A stretch of 64,000 nucleotides of DNA from Eledone cirrhosa (taxonomy: Eukaryota), in assembly GCA_964016885.1 (NCBI GenBank), contig OZ024758.1, forward strand, positions 17,980,001-18,044,000, written 5' to 3'. The notes beneath the pieces were generated by a model. The model had not been told where the DNA came from and ran no database searches. It worked only from the letters and a program-made list of their open reading frames with translations. Below are positions 1-12,038 of the stretch, piece after piece; position 1 is the first letter of the stretch, and the number at the start of each line of letters is the position of its first letter. The translations under genes were made by a program, and so were the position numbers.

Positions 1-110
1 ATATATATATATATATTCTGATATATATATTCTGAATTGCCTCCTCTATTTTGTTTGTTTCATTTACTAACTATATATATATATATAATATATAAATATA
101 TATATAATAT

Positions 111-513
111 ATAAGAACAAAAGATGGTTAAAAGAGTTCCATGTATTTTATTATGCGCATTTCAAAAAAAAATATCATCATGCAATAATATGTGTTTTCA
201 TCAGATAAAACAGGAAGACATGATATGAAGGTTAAAAAACACTTGTGGATAGTTCAGTTTTAAATCAACAAATGAACTATCCACAAGTGTTTTTTAACCT
301 TCATATCATGTCTTCCTGTTTTATCTGATGAAAACACAAATATTATTGCATGATGATATTTGTTTTTGAAATGCGCATAATAAAATACATGGAACTCTTT
401 TAACCATCTTTTGTTCTTATATATTATGTATACTCCAGTCCTACAAACTGTAGAGTGCTTCTTATCCGATATCTGCATTGCTTTATTGTACTACAATAAA
501 ACTCACCTCCTAC

Positions 514-515
<2 letters not shown>
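111..515 (+). mobile_element. Fold-back Penelope-like (pLTR-type) non-autonomous element, family A, in (TA)n
   Basis: Near-perfect inverted arms 111-256 / 273-420, then a unique ~95-bp tail joining (TA)n; hammerhead motif in each arm. Confidence 0.8.
319..385 (+). ncRNA. Type I minimal hammerhead ribozyme
   Basis: TTTTAT-CTGATGA(325-331)-stem II (AAACACAAATAT...ATATTTGTTTTT)-GAAA(368-371)-TGCGCA palindrome-TA-ATAAAA; stems I and III pair; mirror copy on minus strand ~146-210. Confidence 0.8.
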
Positions 516-549
<34 letters not shown>

Positions 550-554
<5 letters not shown>

Positions 555-845
555 GTGGTTACACAACAGTTAGTTCACCATACCGAGAACAATTGTTTCA
601 CCTTAGCGGATCATCAGCTCGGAATGTGCATGGTTTTAGGAACAGGAAGGACAACCGTACGAACGGTTCGTACGGTTGTCCTTCCTGTTCCTATACCCAT
701 ACCCATTCCGAGCTGATGATCCGCTAAGGTGAAACAATTGTTCTCGGTATGGTGAACTAACTGTTGTGTAACCACTTCTACCTAACTCTTCCCATGGACT
801 GAGTGCTCTACCACTACGGATATTACCTTCCAGTGTTCCACCACT
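550..845 (+). mobile_element. Fold-back Penelope-like element, family B, in (TA)n
   Basis: Inverted arms 550-664 / 666-780 centred on 665, tail 781-845 ending in (TA)n. Confidence 0.8.
708..747 (+). ncRNA. Type I minimal hammerhead ribozyme
   Basis: CCGAG-CTGATGA(713-719)-TCCGCTAAGGT-GAAA(731-734)-CAATTG palindrome-TT-CTCGG; GUU triplet; weak stem II; mirror copy on minus strand ~583-622. Confidence 0.7.
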
Positions 846-859
846 ATATATATATATCC

Positions 860-1053
860 TAATGTCATCAGCAAAATTGTTTGTGTCAATCAGATATTCC
901 TTAGACGGTCGTCAGTTTTGGCAGATTCCTCAAACACTCCTTCCAGTGGGTTTCGTCAGATAAGGAGCAACCGTCTCCAACTGATCCGACTGGATCCCCA
1001 AGCGTTACCAGCGAAGCTCATTGATGTTATCAAACCATCTTGCTCGGGATCTA
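860..1053 (-). mobile_element. RTE-clade LINE 3' end fragment
   Basis: Minus strand reads RSRARWFDNINELRW*RLGIQSDQLETVAP, same family as the C-terminus at 37960-38130. Confidence 0.7.
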
Positions 1054-1244
1054 TTCTTTAAAAAAAAATCTCTTTTATGAAATTCGTTTTAATAACAAAA
1101 CATTTTCCGAAAAATAGATTTTTTCTATAGTGACATACGTACGATTCAAATATTCAAATATTTAATCTTAGATTTCAAACTATTACGTAAATTAAAATTC
1201 TTGAAATCGTATCATCTCATGTTTTACAGATTAATTCTTCTCAT

Positions 1245-1500
1245 TTATTTTAATATTTGCTTTAATATTAGTTTAATACTTTTTTAATATTTATTTTAAT
1301 ACTTGTTTAATATTTTAATAGTTAGTTTAAAATTTGTTTAATATTTTATATTTGCTTTACTATTTATGTAATATTTAAATATTTCGTTTACTATTTTAAT
1401 ATTTGCTTTAATATTAGTTTAATATGTTAATATTTAGTTTGATACTTGTTTAATATTTTAACGTTTGCTTTAATACTTGTGTAATATTTTAATATTTGCT
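1245..1500. repeat. Degenerate AT-rich short tandem repeat (TTTAATATTTGC-like units)
   Basis: Many imperfect ~8-12-bp units built on TTTAATAT. Confidence 0.7.
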
Positions 1501-1779
1501 CAGCGCTAACGAATTGAAATTAATTTAGTCCTGAATTATATTATATCTTGTGTTCTGGGGACGCAGATTTTAACTTCATTAATTCAGTTATTTGTTTGGT
1601 TGTCAGGAGTCTGCCTCAAGTTTTAAAATAATCCTGTCCTTCGTCTTCTTGATTTTACTTTCATTTATTTGCAATACGTCTTTCTATTACAAGAACTGGT
1701 GCAACAATGATAACCAAAGGAAATAAAATAAAAACGATAGTAATAATGATAATACTACGTATAATGGTTTATGTTGACA

Positions 1780-2135
1780 CTGCTGCTGCTGCTACTACTA
1801 CTATTACTACTACTATAACTACCACTACTAATGCCATAACTACAACAACTACTACTACTACTACTACTACTACTAATGCCATAACTACAACAACTACTAC
1901 TACTACTACTACTAATGCTATAACTACTACTACTACTACTACTTCTACTACTACTACTAATAACACTACTACGACTCCTATTCCTCCTCCTCCTACTACT
2001 ACTACTACTACTACTACGAATGCTATAATTACCACTACTGTTAATACTACTACAAATCCTGCTCCTCCTCCTCCTCCACTTCCTCCCCGTACTATTACCA
2101 CCACCACCACCACCACCACCACCACCACTACCACC

Positions 2136-2178
<43 letters not shown>
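1780..2178. repeat. Compound trinucleotide microsatellite (ACT/ACC/CCT)
   Basis: Direct inspection; explains the poly-T/S/V ORFs. Confidence 0.95.
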
Positions 2179-3278
2179 TGTTTTAAGTATTGTTGCATAT
2201 TTTACCGTTATGCTTGTATTTTTTCCATCCTATATTGAAAAACCTGATGATCAGTAAAAAGAAAATATAATCTAATATTGAACATTTTACAAAAATGAAA
2301 ATGATAGAATGTTTTGGTCAAACCAGTTGCAATACAAATTACCATAAATGAAAATCTCAACGGCGAGAGGGAATATTGATTATAATATGATCTCATTCTG
2401 CTTGTAATGCAAAAAAGAGGAAACTTCTTGAGTCGCTTACATCTGTATAAGAATCAAATGATTTATGTCTGTCCCAGTTGGGACTATGATGAAATTCATG
2501 ACAATGCATACCTAGATCAGGGAATAGAAATATGTTAATGTCATCCTAAGAAAAATACATTTCTGAAATATAATAAATTGATTTCTATTAGAAAGTAGGT
2601 ATATAGCAAAAAAGTATATATGATTTTCTTCCATAAAATTTCTCTTCATTTCTTTTATAGTTTGAGACATATGTAAATGAGCTCCATTACATTGAGATAG
2701 ATTTATGTGAAATATCATATACATATTCGCATTGTCTCGGACCTATATTGTGAGTAGGTGTTCCTTTATCAACAATAAAGTTTAAAAATGATTTGTGGAA
2801 AATAATAGAATATTCTCTTTAGGTAGGAGTACATTCTACAAGATGTTAAACATAAGGTTTATAAGCAGAAATCGATTTGCTATTGGCCTTCCTTTGTTGT
2901 AAGCAAACATTAAGTGATAGATGTTATGCATATATTGTCGGAAAAATAATTTCTTCTCAAATGTATAACGGGTTACAGAAAATGCAGACATGCATTTTGC
3001 GGCTTACATGTGAAAATATTAGCAAAGAAGCAATAAATATGTTACTGTTATTAGTGCTAATAACGAAACCTCGGCAGAAAACAAGCTGATTTTGGAGGAT
3101 TACACGGATGAAAATAAATATAGTGACTCTGTTACAACCTATTTGAAAACGCATGAAATATGAAATGAATAAATATATATCAAAACATCAGTTATAATGC
3201 TACACTGTTTTATAACAGATATATAAATGATAATAACAACAAACCTAGCAGCAATACCTAAAATAACGATACAAAAAA

Positions 3279-3587
3279 TAATTGTTTCTACTTTTGGCAC
3301 AAGGCCAGCAATTAACACGGTTCATTACTGGTACTTTATTTTATCGACCCCGTAAGGATGAAAGGCAAAGTAAATCTCGGAGGGATTTGAACTCATATCG
3401 TAAAAGCCCGAAATTCCATGCTGCAAAGCATGGCGTCTGACCCTCTAACGATACTTTATTTTATCGACCAAGTATACTTTATTTTATCGACCACGTAAGG
3501 ATGAAAGGCAAAGTTAACCTCGGCGGATTTGAATTCAGGACACAAAGCATGGTGCCTGACGCTCTACCAATACTGCCAAAACTCCAC
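3279..3587 (-). mobile_element. SINE-A (tRNA-derived, octopod-type), one full plus one partial copy
   Basis: Reverse complement of consensus TGGCAGTATCGGTAGAG (A box)...GAGTTCAAATCC (B box)...TTTGCCTTTCATCCTTACGGGGTCGATAAAATAAAGTACCAG...GGCCTTGTGCCAAAAGTAGAAACAATTA. Confidence 0.85.
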
Positions 3588-4002
3588 GCTCCAATTAAAA
3601 TACAGGTTTTGCTTATGACATAGTGTTGTTATATTATGAAGCTAAGAAAAGCCAAATTCTGTTAAACATTTCTGAAGTTGCAACTGCATGACATATCCTA
3701 TAACTAAACGAAAAAAAATGAGTTCATTAATAGTAATCATCTTCCATCTGACACGAATAAATTAAAATTTCACAAGCTAGCTGAAATATTTCAAGTATAA
3801 TAGAGTCTATATAATGAATTCGACAGTTGGAGTCAAGAAAACTGTCAGAACAATCAAATTTTAACCAAGGCCTGAAGCTGATATATTTCCGAGTAAGAAT
3901 TGAGAATGTATTGGTGATGGACGTTGGAAATGACCCACCGAAACCAGTTGGACCTTACCAGTCCAAGCAACGAACAGAATTCAGAATTCAGTACCGTGCA
4001 GA

Positions 4003-4364
4003 TAATGCCAGATTTAGGACGAATGAGGCCCTATGCTAGTTACGTTAGGAGGCCGCAGATAGTGTCCGATTTAGGACATATGTGGCCTTGTGCTAGTTAA
4101 GTCATGAGGGCCCAGTTAGTGCTAGATTTAGTACAAACGAGGCCTTGTGCTAGTTAAATTAGGAGGCCCCAGATAGTGCGCGATTTAGGACACATGTGGC
4201 CATGTGCTAGGTAAGTTATGAGGTCACAGTTAGTGCCGGACTTAGGACAAACGACGCCCTATGCTGAGGTGGGTAAACAATTATTTTGGCAGGGCGATGG
4301 GCCACCCTGGGTAACGGGGCCCTGAGCTTAAGCACACCTAAGCACAACAGTAAATCTGGCAAAG
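4003..4364. mobile_element. hAT-like MITE with tandemly amplified left end (57-bp x ~4.7)
   Basis: TGCCAGATTTA (4006-4016) / TAAATCTGGCA (4351-4361) inverted termini; imperfect 8-bp TSD CGTGCAGA/CGTGGAGT; units start at 3999, 4056, 4113, 4170, 4227. Confidence 0.65.
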
Positions 4365-4520
4365 CGTGGAGTTAACATAATAGAGATATTGAAGTCTATG
4401 GCATCTGCCTCCAATAACAATTATATGTTCGCTAACGAAGGTGTCATATTATTGACATTAAGCTACACATACATGATACTGCCTGATGGTATAGACAATC
4501 GTGTGTCTACTTAAGGGCGC

Positions 4521-5030
4521 ATGTATATATATATATATATGTGTGTATATATATATGTATATATATGTGTATATATATGTGTATATATATATGTATATAT
4601 ATATGTATATATATGTGTATATATATGTATATGTATATATATATATGTATATATATGTATGTGTGTGAGTGTGTGTATATATATGTATATATATGTATAT
4701 ATATGTATATATATGTATATATATGTGTATATATATGTATATATATGCATGTATGTGTGTGAGTGTGTGTATATATATGTGTATATATATGCATATATAT
4801 GTATGCATATATATGTATGTATGTATGTGTGAGTGTGTGTATATATATGTATATATACATATATGTATATATACATATATGTATGTATGTGTGTGAGTGT
4901 GTGTATATATATCTGTATATATATGTATATATGTATATATATGTATATATATGTATATATATGTGTATATATATGTATATATATATATGTATGTGTGTGA
5001 GTGTGTGTGCATGCGTGTGTGCTTGAGTGT
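4521..5030. repeat. Compound (TA)/(TG) microsatellite
   Basis: Direct inspection; one of many such tracts in the window. Confidence 0.95.
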
Positions 5031-5698
5031 GTAATAATGTATGTGTGAATATTGATACCAATGAAATATTTCGCGTGTTCATTGTGATTGAGTATAATCT
5101 AAACATCGGTAAAGAACTATATAATTTGCTTATATTAAGTATTTGGAATGCATCGAGTAATCAAACAGATTGTTACAAATAGGCAAAAATCGTAAATCTA
5201 TGAAGTTGAACTTAGAAGTAGACATAATATGTGTCACTAAACAATATATAACAGATTGCTGAAAGCGTTAGTGTAAACATGTAACAAATAGAGTAAATGA
5301 ATTTCTTATGAAATCGATTATCGTGTCGGCGAAGAAGAAAGGAAAGCTAATCACACTGGCCACAGGATAAATGAGTATCAATATTTTTTTCCTTGTGTCT
5401 GGTTAACTTTATTGAATGTTGCTAATAAACTGAGAATATAACAAACGCGTTGGGGTCAATATTTTGATAAAAGCTGAAACTGATTACAGTGTATAAAATT
5501 GGTTAAGTTTTATTGTTTTACTTAAATTGATTTAAACACAACTTGTTTTCATACGTTTATTTAATAACACAAAAACATTGCATGCGCATACTCCTACGAC
5601 TATGTGATTTTATACATACATATACACGCAAAAAGAGACGTACACAACTGCATATATATATATATGTGTGTATGGGTGTGTCTCTTCGTGGATGTATC

Positions 5699-5966
<268 letters not shown>

Positions 5967-6187
5967 TATATATATATATTTATGTAGATAAATCTACCAA
6001 GAGTTTACGGTAGTTCTAACACATATATATCCTAGAAACGATCCTTAAATAATGAACTTCTTTTGTTTAATATAAGGAACTGTTTCATTGTTTTATTCAT
6101 TATTTTTTAAATATTTTATTTATATATATTTATATATTTATATATATATATATAAAGCTATTTATCTACTTACATCTCTCTCTCTCC

Positions 6188-6221
<34 letters not shown>

Positions 6222-6291
6222 ACCACCTGGTTCCTTACCACACTTCCTTCGTTATATATATATTTATATAAATATATATATATATATATAT

Positions 6292-6710
6292 AAGAGAATA
6301 GAGGTGTAACACACGTGTTTTGATATATTGGTAAAAGGAAAAGAAAATGCTGACAAATTGTTCCCAGTGAAAAATAGTTTCATTTGGAATAAGTAAAAAT
6401 TAGTAATAAGTATTGGTTAGTATTCAGTTTTAGTTTTAAGTTTTTACCGGTTGCACATTTCTAATGCTTTTCAAAAATAATTTTGAGATAGAGCGCCCGT
6501 GATGTTTGCTCTAATCAGATTAGAGCAAACATCAAGGGCGCTCTATCACAACATTATTTTTGAAAAGCATTAGAAATGTGCAACCGGTAAAAACTTAAAA
6601 CTAAAACTGAATACTAACCAATACTTATTACTAATTTTTACTTATTCCTAATTAAAATACTTTCCACTGGGAACAATTTGTCAGAATTTTCTTTCTTTTT
6701 ACCAATATAT
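6292..6710. mobile_element. Fold-back element in (TA)n with degenerate hammerhead-like motif
   Basis: ~190-bp near-perfect inverted arms 6323-6516 / 6518-6710; TTGAAAA-GCATT/AATGT-GCAA-CCGG-TA at 6560-6589. Confidence 0.7.
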
Positions 6711-6713
6711 ATA

Positions 6714-6775
<62 letters not shown>

Positions 6776-6809
6776 TGTATCAAGAGATACAGTATTACTA
6801 ATTACAAAC

Positions 6810-6865
<56 letters not shown>

Positions 6866-7352
6866 GTTTGTAATTAGTAATACTGTATCTCTTGAAAGAA
6901 GGAAAGGAAATGTTGACACAGTTTTAGAAAATCAGATACAAGTACCTTACAGAATGAGATGGTAGCCAATAGTTGCTATAGAGAATCAACATCTTTAACC
7001 TTCAAATACGGGTTCAGCTTTCTGTATTATCGAGTTAATGGACGACACCTCACAAAATCAACGCAAAATAACTTTTCAATGTGACATTTTGTAAATAAAC
7101 ATTGAAGCGAAAATCAGGTGTCTCAATTTGAAAATTCAACCTTTATGTTGCTCCAGTCAACTTTCATTCACCTAACTTGCTAATTCAGTTTCTGTACAGC
7201 TCTAATGTGATAGAGAAAGACGGACAATGATAGACAAGTAATCATTAGATTAATTTATATTTAGATTTGCATTGGAAACTTTAGATTATCATACATTTCA
7301 GATATTGAATTGTACGTTTTGTGGTTGGCTTGCCTTTGTAAAGCATACACCA

Positions 7353-7527
7353 TGCAGTATCGGTAGAGGGTCGGACGCCATGTTTCCAGCATAGAGTTAC
7401 GGTTCTTTATGGCCTGAGTTCAAATCTCGCCGAGGTTAACTTTGCCTTTCATCCTTACGGGGTCGATAAAATAAAGTACCAGTAATGCATTGGGATAATT
7501 ACTGGCATTGTGCCAATAGTAGAAACA
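7353..7527 (+). mobile_element. SINE-A
   Basis: Matches in-window consensus including A and B boxes. Confidence 0.85.
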
Positions 7528-7590
7528 CTTATATTTTAGACAGTTAATTATTCCGGGTCAACAAAGGCTTTCTATCATTACGGTATCTCA

Positions 7591-7805
7591 ATCAGGGATC
7601 ACCACAGTAAGGAAGGTACTGAATACATTAGTAGAGTGTATACAACAAATTTAATATAAAAATAGCTTCTACAGAACTAGAACTGTCTCATTTAAAAGAA
7701 ACCACCTGGAACATTTCCCTCGAATTAAATATTTCTAGTTCTGTAGAAGCCATTTCTATATTAAATGTGTTGTACACATTCTACTAAAGTATTGAGTACC
7801 TTACA
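7591..7805 (-). mobile_element. Fold-back Penelope-like element, family C (decayed)
   Basis: Inverted arms ~7613-7682 / 7733-7803; homologous to 21437-21597 and 54071-54262. Confidence 0.7.
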
Positions 7806-8607
7806 TTCTGATATTGAATTGTGTTAGTGTGGTTGGCGTGCATTTGTAAAGCATAAATCATGCAATTATATTGTAGATAGTTAATTATTCTGGGTCAATA
7901 AAGACTTCTATCATCCCGATATTTTCATCTTCAATGCGTCTTACACGTTATCCTCTACAAATTTCTTTACATACTTTCCATCGTTAGTTCCTGGATAGAT
8001 TCCAGGAGACTATACTGGCTCTACTTGTCATATTATGTGACCTGTTATGCACCTGTCTGTCCTCGTTCGTGTTCTGAATAGAGGGGACTGAGAGGATTAA
8101 TCTGCTGGAAGTAGTGTACTATATTCTGACACATGTCACCTTAGTCTAACCTTCTCACTTACTTTGAAAGGTATCAATGCCTGCATTTTTAATCAAGTTA
8201 TGATGCCCCTTAATACCATGGACACTCGTAGAATCAACCATATAAAAATGACTTTTACTTAATTGATTGTCCACGCAAATTCTAAGTAATATCTCACACA
8301 CTAATACACCAGAAAGAGCTTCACATTAAGCACAATAAAGTATATCATTGTATTAATATATACATCAGTGTGAAAACCCATTTTCAATTATTACATGTTA
8401 TAATCAGAGCGATGTTAGAAAGGCAATTGCCTGTATGGTTTCAGAGAATGAAAGCTATCCATTAATGAGAAGAATAATTAAATTGAAATATGTAATTAGT
8501 TCAATATCATGCAGTACAATTACTTTAATGCCATCATTTATTGAACGGAAAAATATAAATGATCTAGACACATGGATATTACTCCTTATGTAATATGTAA
8601 CTACCAG

Positions 8608-8654
<47 letters not shown>

Positions 8655-8656
<2 letters not shown>

Positions 8657-8858
8657 CCCTGGGTTCCATTAAGGGTAACCACAGTAAGTAAGGTAGTCAA
8701 TATGTTACTAGAGTGTATACAACAAATTTGATATAGAAATGGCTTCTAGGGGTCTAAAAATGTTTCATTAGAAGTAAATCATCAGGAAATGGAGTCCCTT
8801 CGAATGAAACAGTTCTAATCCTGTAGATGCCGTTTCTATATTAAATTTGTTATATACA
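8655..8858 (-). mobile_element. Fold-back Penelope-like element, family C
   Basis: Tail plus inverted arms; TCATCAGGAA and GAATGAAACAGTTCTA motifs; flanked by (TA)n. Confidence 0.7.
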
Positions 8859-9023
8859 TATATACATATATATATTTAAATATGTAATAAACAACACAAT
8901 ATAATTATTCCATTACCCAAGTTTTGACGATGTCAGACGATTCGAACAAAGGCTTCTGAAGTCGTTTCTGTACTATAAATAGAGCACTCTTCTTTCATGT
9001 ATCTTTTCCACGGAAATACTTAG

Positions 9024-9116
<93 letters not shown>

Positions 9117-9464
9117 GGGATAACAAATTATTGTTATAGGTAGTCCACTTAGATGTAGTCCAGTTAGGGTAGTCCGTGTAGTGGATAGTATTAACGATTG
9201 GCTAAGTTTGACTCAACAAGACGTTTCCATAGTGATGCTGCGAGTACGTGGTGATTTCTATGTAGTTTACACTTGGAGTAATAATAAATCAAGAAAGAAG
9301 AGTGACATGGTTTGCTATACAATAAGGAGTTCATTCACATTGCTGACAATTGTTTCCCTGAACTGGTAGGTCTAGAGATCGCTACCCGCCGGTTTTTGCG
9401 TCAATCTATCACCAATACTTTGTTATAACCAGTCTACTCGTCAGAGCATGCTCTGACGAATATG

Positions 9465-9495
<31 letters not shown>

Positions 9496-9772
9496 ATATA
9501 TATATATGTATATATATAAGATATGATATATATATATATATATATATAAATATATATCAATCATATTTTATTATTTGTTTTCCCCGAATAGCATGGTCGT
9601 TTCTATGGATTTGCGGATAATGGTTTAAGCATCGTCGCAGTGTTTGGCCTTTTATTTCAACGTACGGTGTTGCTCTAGTTCACTAGTTTCTATGTAGCGC
9701 TTGCCACACATCTCGGAAGTTGTTTTTCGCTAATTTCCAATTACCGAAATGCGATTCTCGCTAATTTATATT

Positions 9773-9799
<27 letters not shown>

Positions 9800-9803
<4 letters not shown>

Positions 9804-9996
9804 TTGAGGTTGGTAATGGCACATGGAATATATAAGAGACAGAATACTTTTTTGTGAAAAAACATATAATTTTATAAGGTAAGGAAAGAATAAAGGGTAT
9901 TTTTCCCCAAAAAGTATTCCGTCTCTTATATATTCCATGTGCCATTACCAACCTCAATTTTCTCTATATCCTTCGTTTTGTGTAGAAACTTACACT

Positions 9997-10000
<4 letters not shown>
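9800..10000 (+). mobile_element. Fold-back element with tail in (TA)n
   Basis: ~60-bp inverted arms 9800-9862 / 9899-9961, tail to (TA)n; no ribozyme core visible. Confidence 0.6.
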
Positions 10001-10032
<32 letters not shown>

Positions 10033-10620
10033 TATGCTTTCATATGCACTCTTATGTATGTGATTGAGTGTGTGTAAGCACAATATTGCAAAGTTTGTGC
10101 CACATATTTATGCGAATGTGTTAAAACCTATACAATAACTAATTGCATGAGGTTAATACACTTATTAATAGATATTGTCTCGTACATATATTTTCCCATC
10201 GGGGGTTTTCAAATATAATACGCTGAAAACAATACAGTTTTAGTATTAAAACGATACATTGGAGTCTTCAGGCGTTGACTTACATTATTCATTGAACAAA
10301 AAAAATAACGAATTGTAATACATTTATATATCGTATATTATCAAAATTAACATTTGGTTTTACGTATTATCACCTTATATGATATTAAATGCGAATTATA
10401 TTCAATATAAAATATCATCATTATATGTATTATAATTTTAATTCTAATCTGAAAACGTATTGTGGAAGAATTCGTATGTGAAGAAATATGTTTAATATAA
10501 CATACGTATATTTGATTGTTGAAAATATGGAAACCATATATAATAACTATAATCTTACGGTTGTTTCTTTTGTATAGAAATATTTAAATATTCAAATAGA
10601 AAATATAATTCATATATGTA

Positions 10621-10662
<42 letters not shown>

Positions 10663-10703
10663 GTAAGTATATATATGTATATATGTATACATATATATAT
10701 ATT

Positions 10704-10735
<32 letters not shown>

Positions 10736-10780
10736 AATATATACGTAAGTATATATATATATACATATATATATATAATA

Positions 10781-10893
10781 TATAAAACCCTAGGGAAAAT
10801 GTTTATTAAAATAACAGATTGAAAGCAGCGATTCTTTGCTTACACTTTAATCTGTTATTTTAATAAATCTCTCTCTCTCTCTCTCTCTCTGTA

Positions 10894-10978
<85 letters not shown>

Positions 10979-11209
10979 TTATATATATGCATATATAAAC
11001 ACTATATATATATATGCATATATATTCACAAATTATATATATATATATATACACACATATATATACATATATCTATATATACTGATATATATATATTAAT
11101 ATATATATGCATATATATACACTATATATATGCATATATATTCACAAATATATATATATATATATATATATTCACACATATATATATTCACGTATATATA
11201 TATTCACAC

Positions 11210-11240
<31 letters not shown>

Positions 11241-11670
11241 CGCACGCACGCACACACACACATATATATATATGTATACACACATACATATAGGCATGTG
11301 TGTATGTAAGAGTATATATAGATAAGTTATATATGAAATACGTTTAGGTTTATACACATTATTGGGGAGGGAATATTAATTAGGAATATTATACTCTAAT
11401 TAATCACTGTCTCTTTAGAAAAGATAACAAGAACTGTGAGTTGATTATAATTATGAGGGCGTGGCTGGAGTATAAGCAATTAGAGATTAATATATTGCTG
11501 AATTCCATTCCTCTAATTACCTTTAAGCAAAACGCACACTGAGCTATTGATATGGAGATATGTAATTGCTCATTAGCTACAGGGTTTTTCAGTGAGCGTT
11601 ATCTGCAATTAGTCATATATATCCTGAACGGAAACGCCAGCACATGATATATATGTAACACAGAAACAAG

Positions 11671-11748
<78 letters not shown>

Positions 11749-11930
11749 AAGTAATAATAATAAATGTGACGACTAAAATCCAAAGAGGGCTCGATAAAGA
11801 TAAATATATATAAAATATATAAAACCCTAGGGAAAATGTTTATTAAAATAACAGATTGAAAGCAGCGATTCTTTGCTTACACTTTAATCTGTTATTTTAA
11901 TAAATCTCTCTCTCTCTCTCTCTCTGTATA
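10781..11930. repeat. Two identical ~110-bp hairpin-containing segments (10781-10893, 11818-11930)
   Basis: TATAAAACCCTAGGG...TTTATTAAAATAACAGATT...AATCTGTTATTTTAATAAA(TC)n repeated; partial third copy at ~58030-58078. Confidence 0.85.
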
Positions 11931-12007
11931 TATATATATACACACATATAGTGAAAGAGTGAAGAATATATATATATATATATACACATATAGTGAAAGA
12001 GTGAAGA

Positions 12008-12038
<31 letters not shown>

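Noticed and set aside
1707-2186. Mucin-like Thr-rich 159-aa ORF
   Set aside because: Pure trinucleotide microsatellite open in several frames on both strands
9380-9460. CTGACGA core at a small hairpin next to (TA)n
   Set aside because: GAAA and stems too degenerate to fold; may be a relic but unsupported
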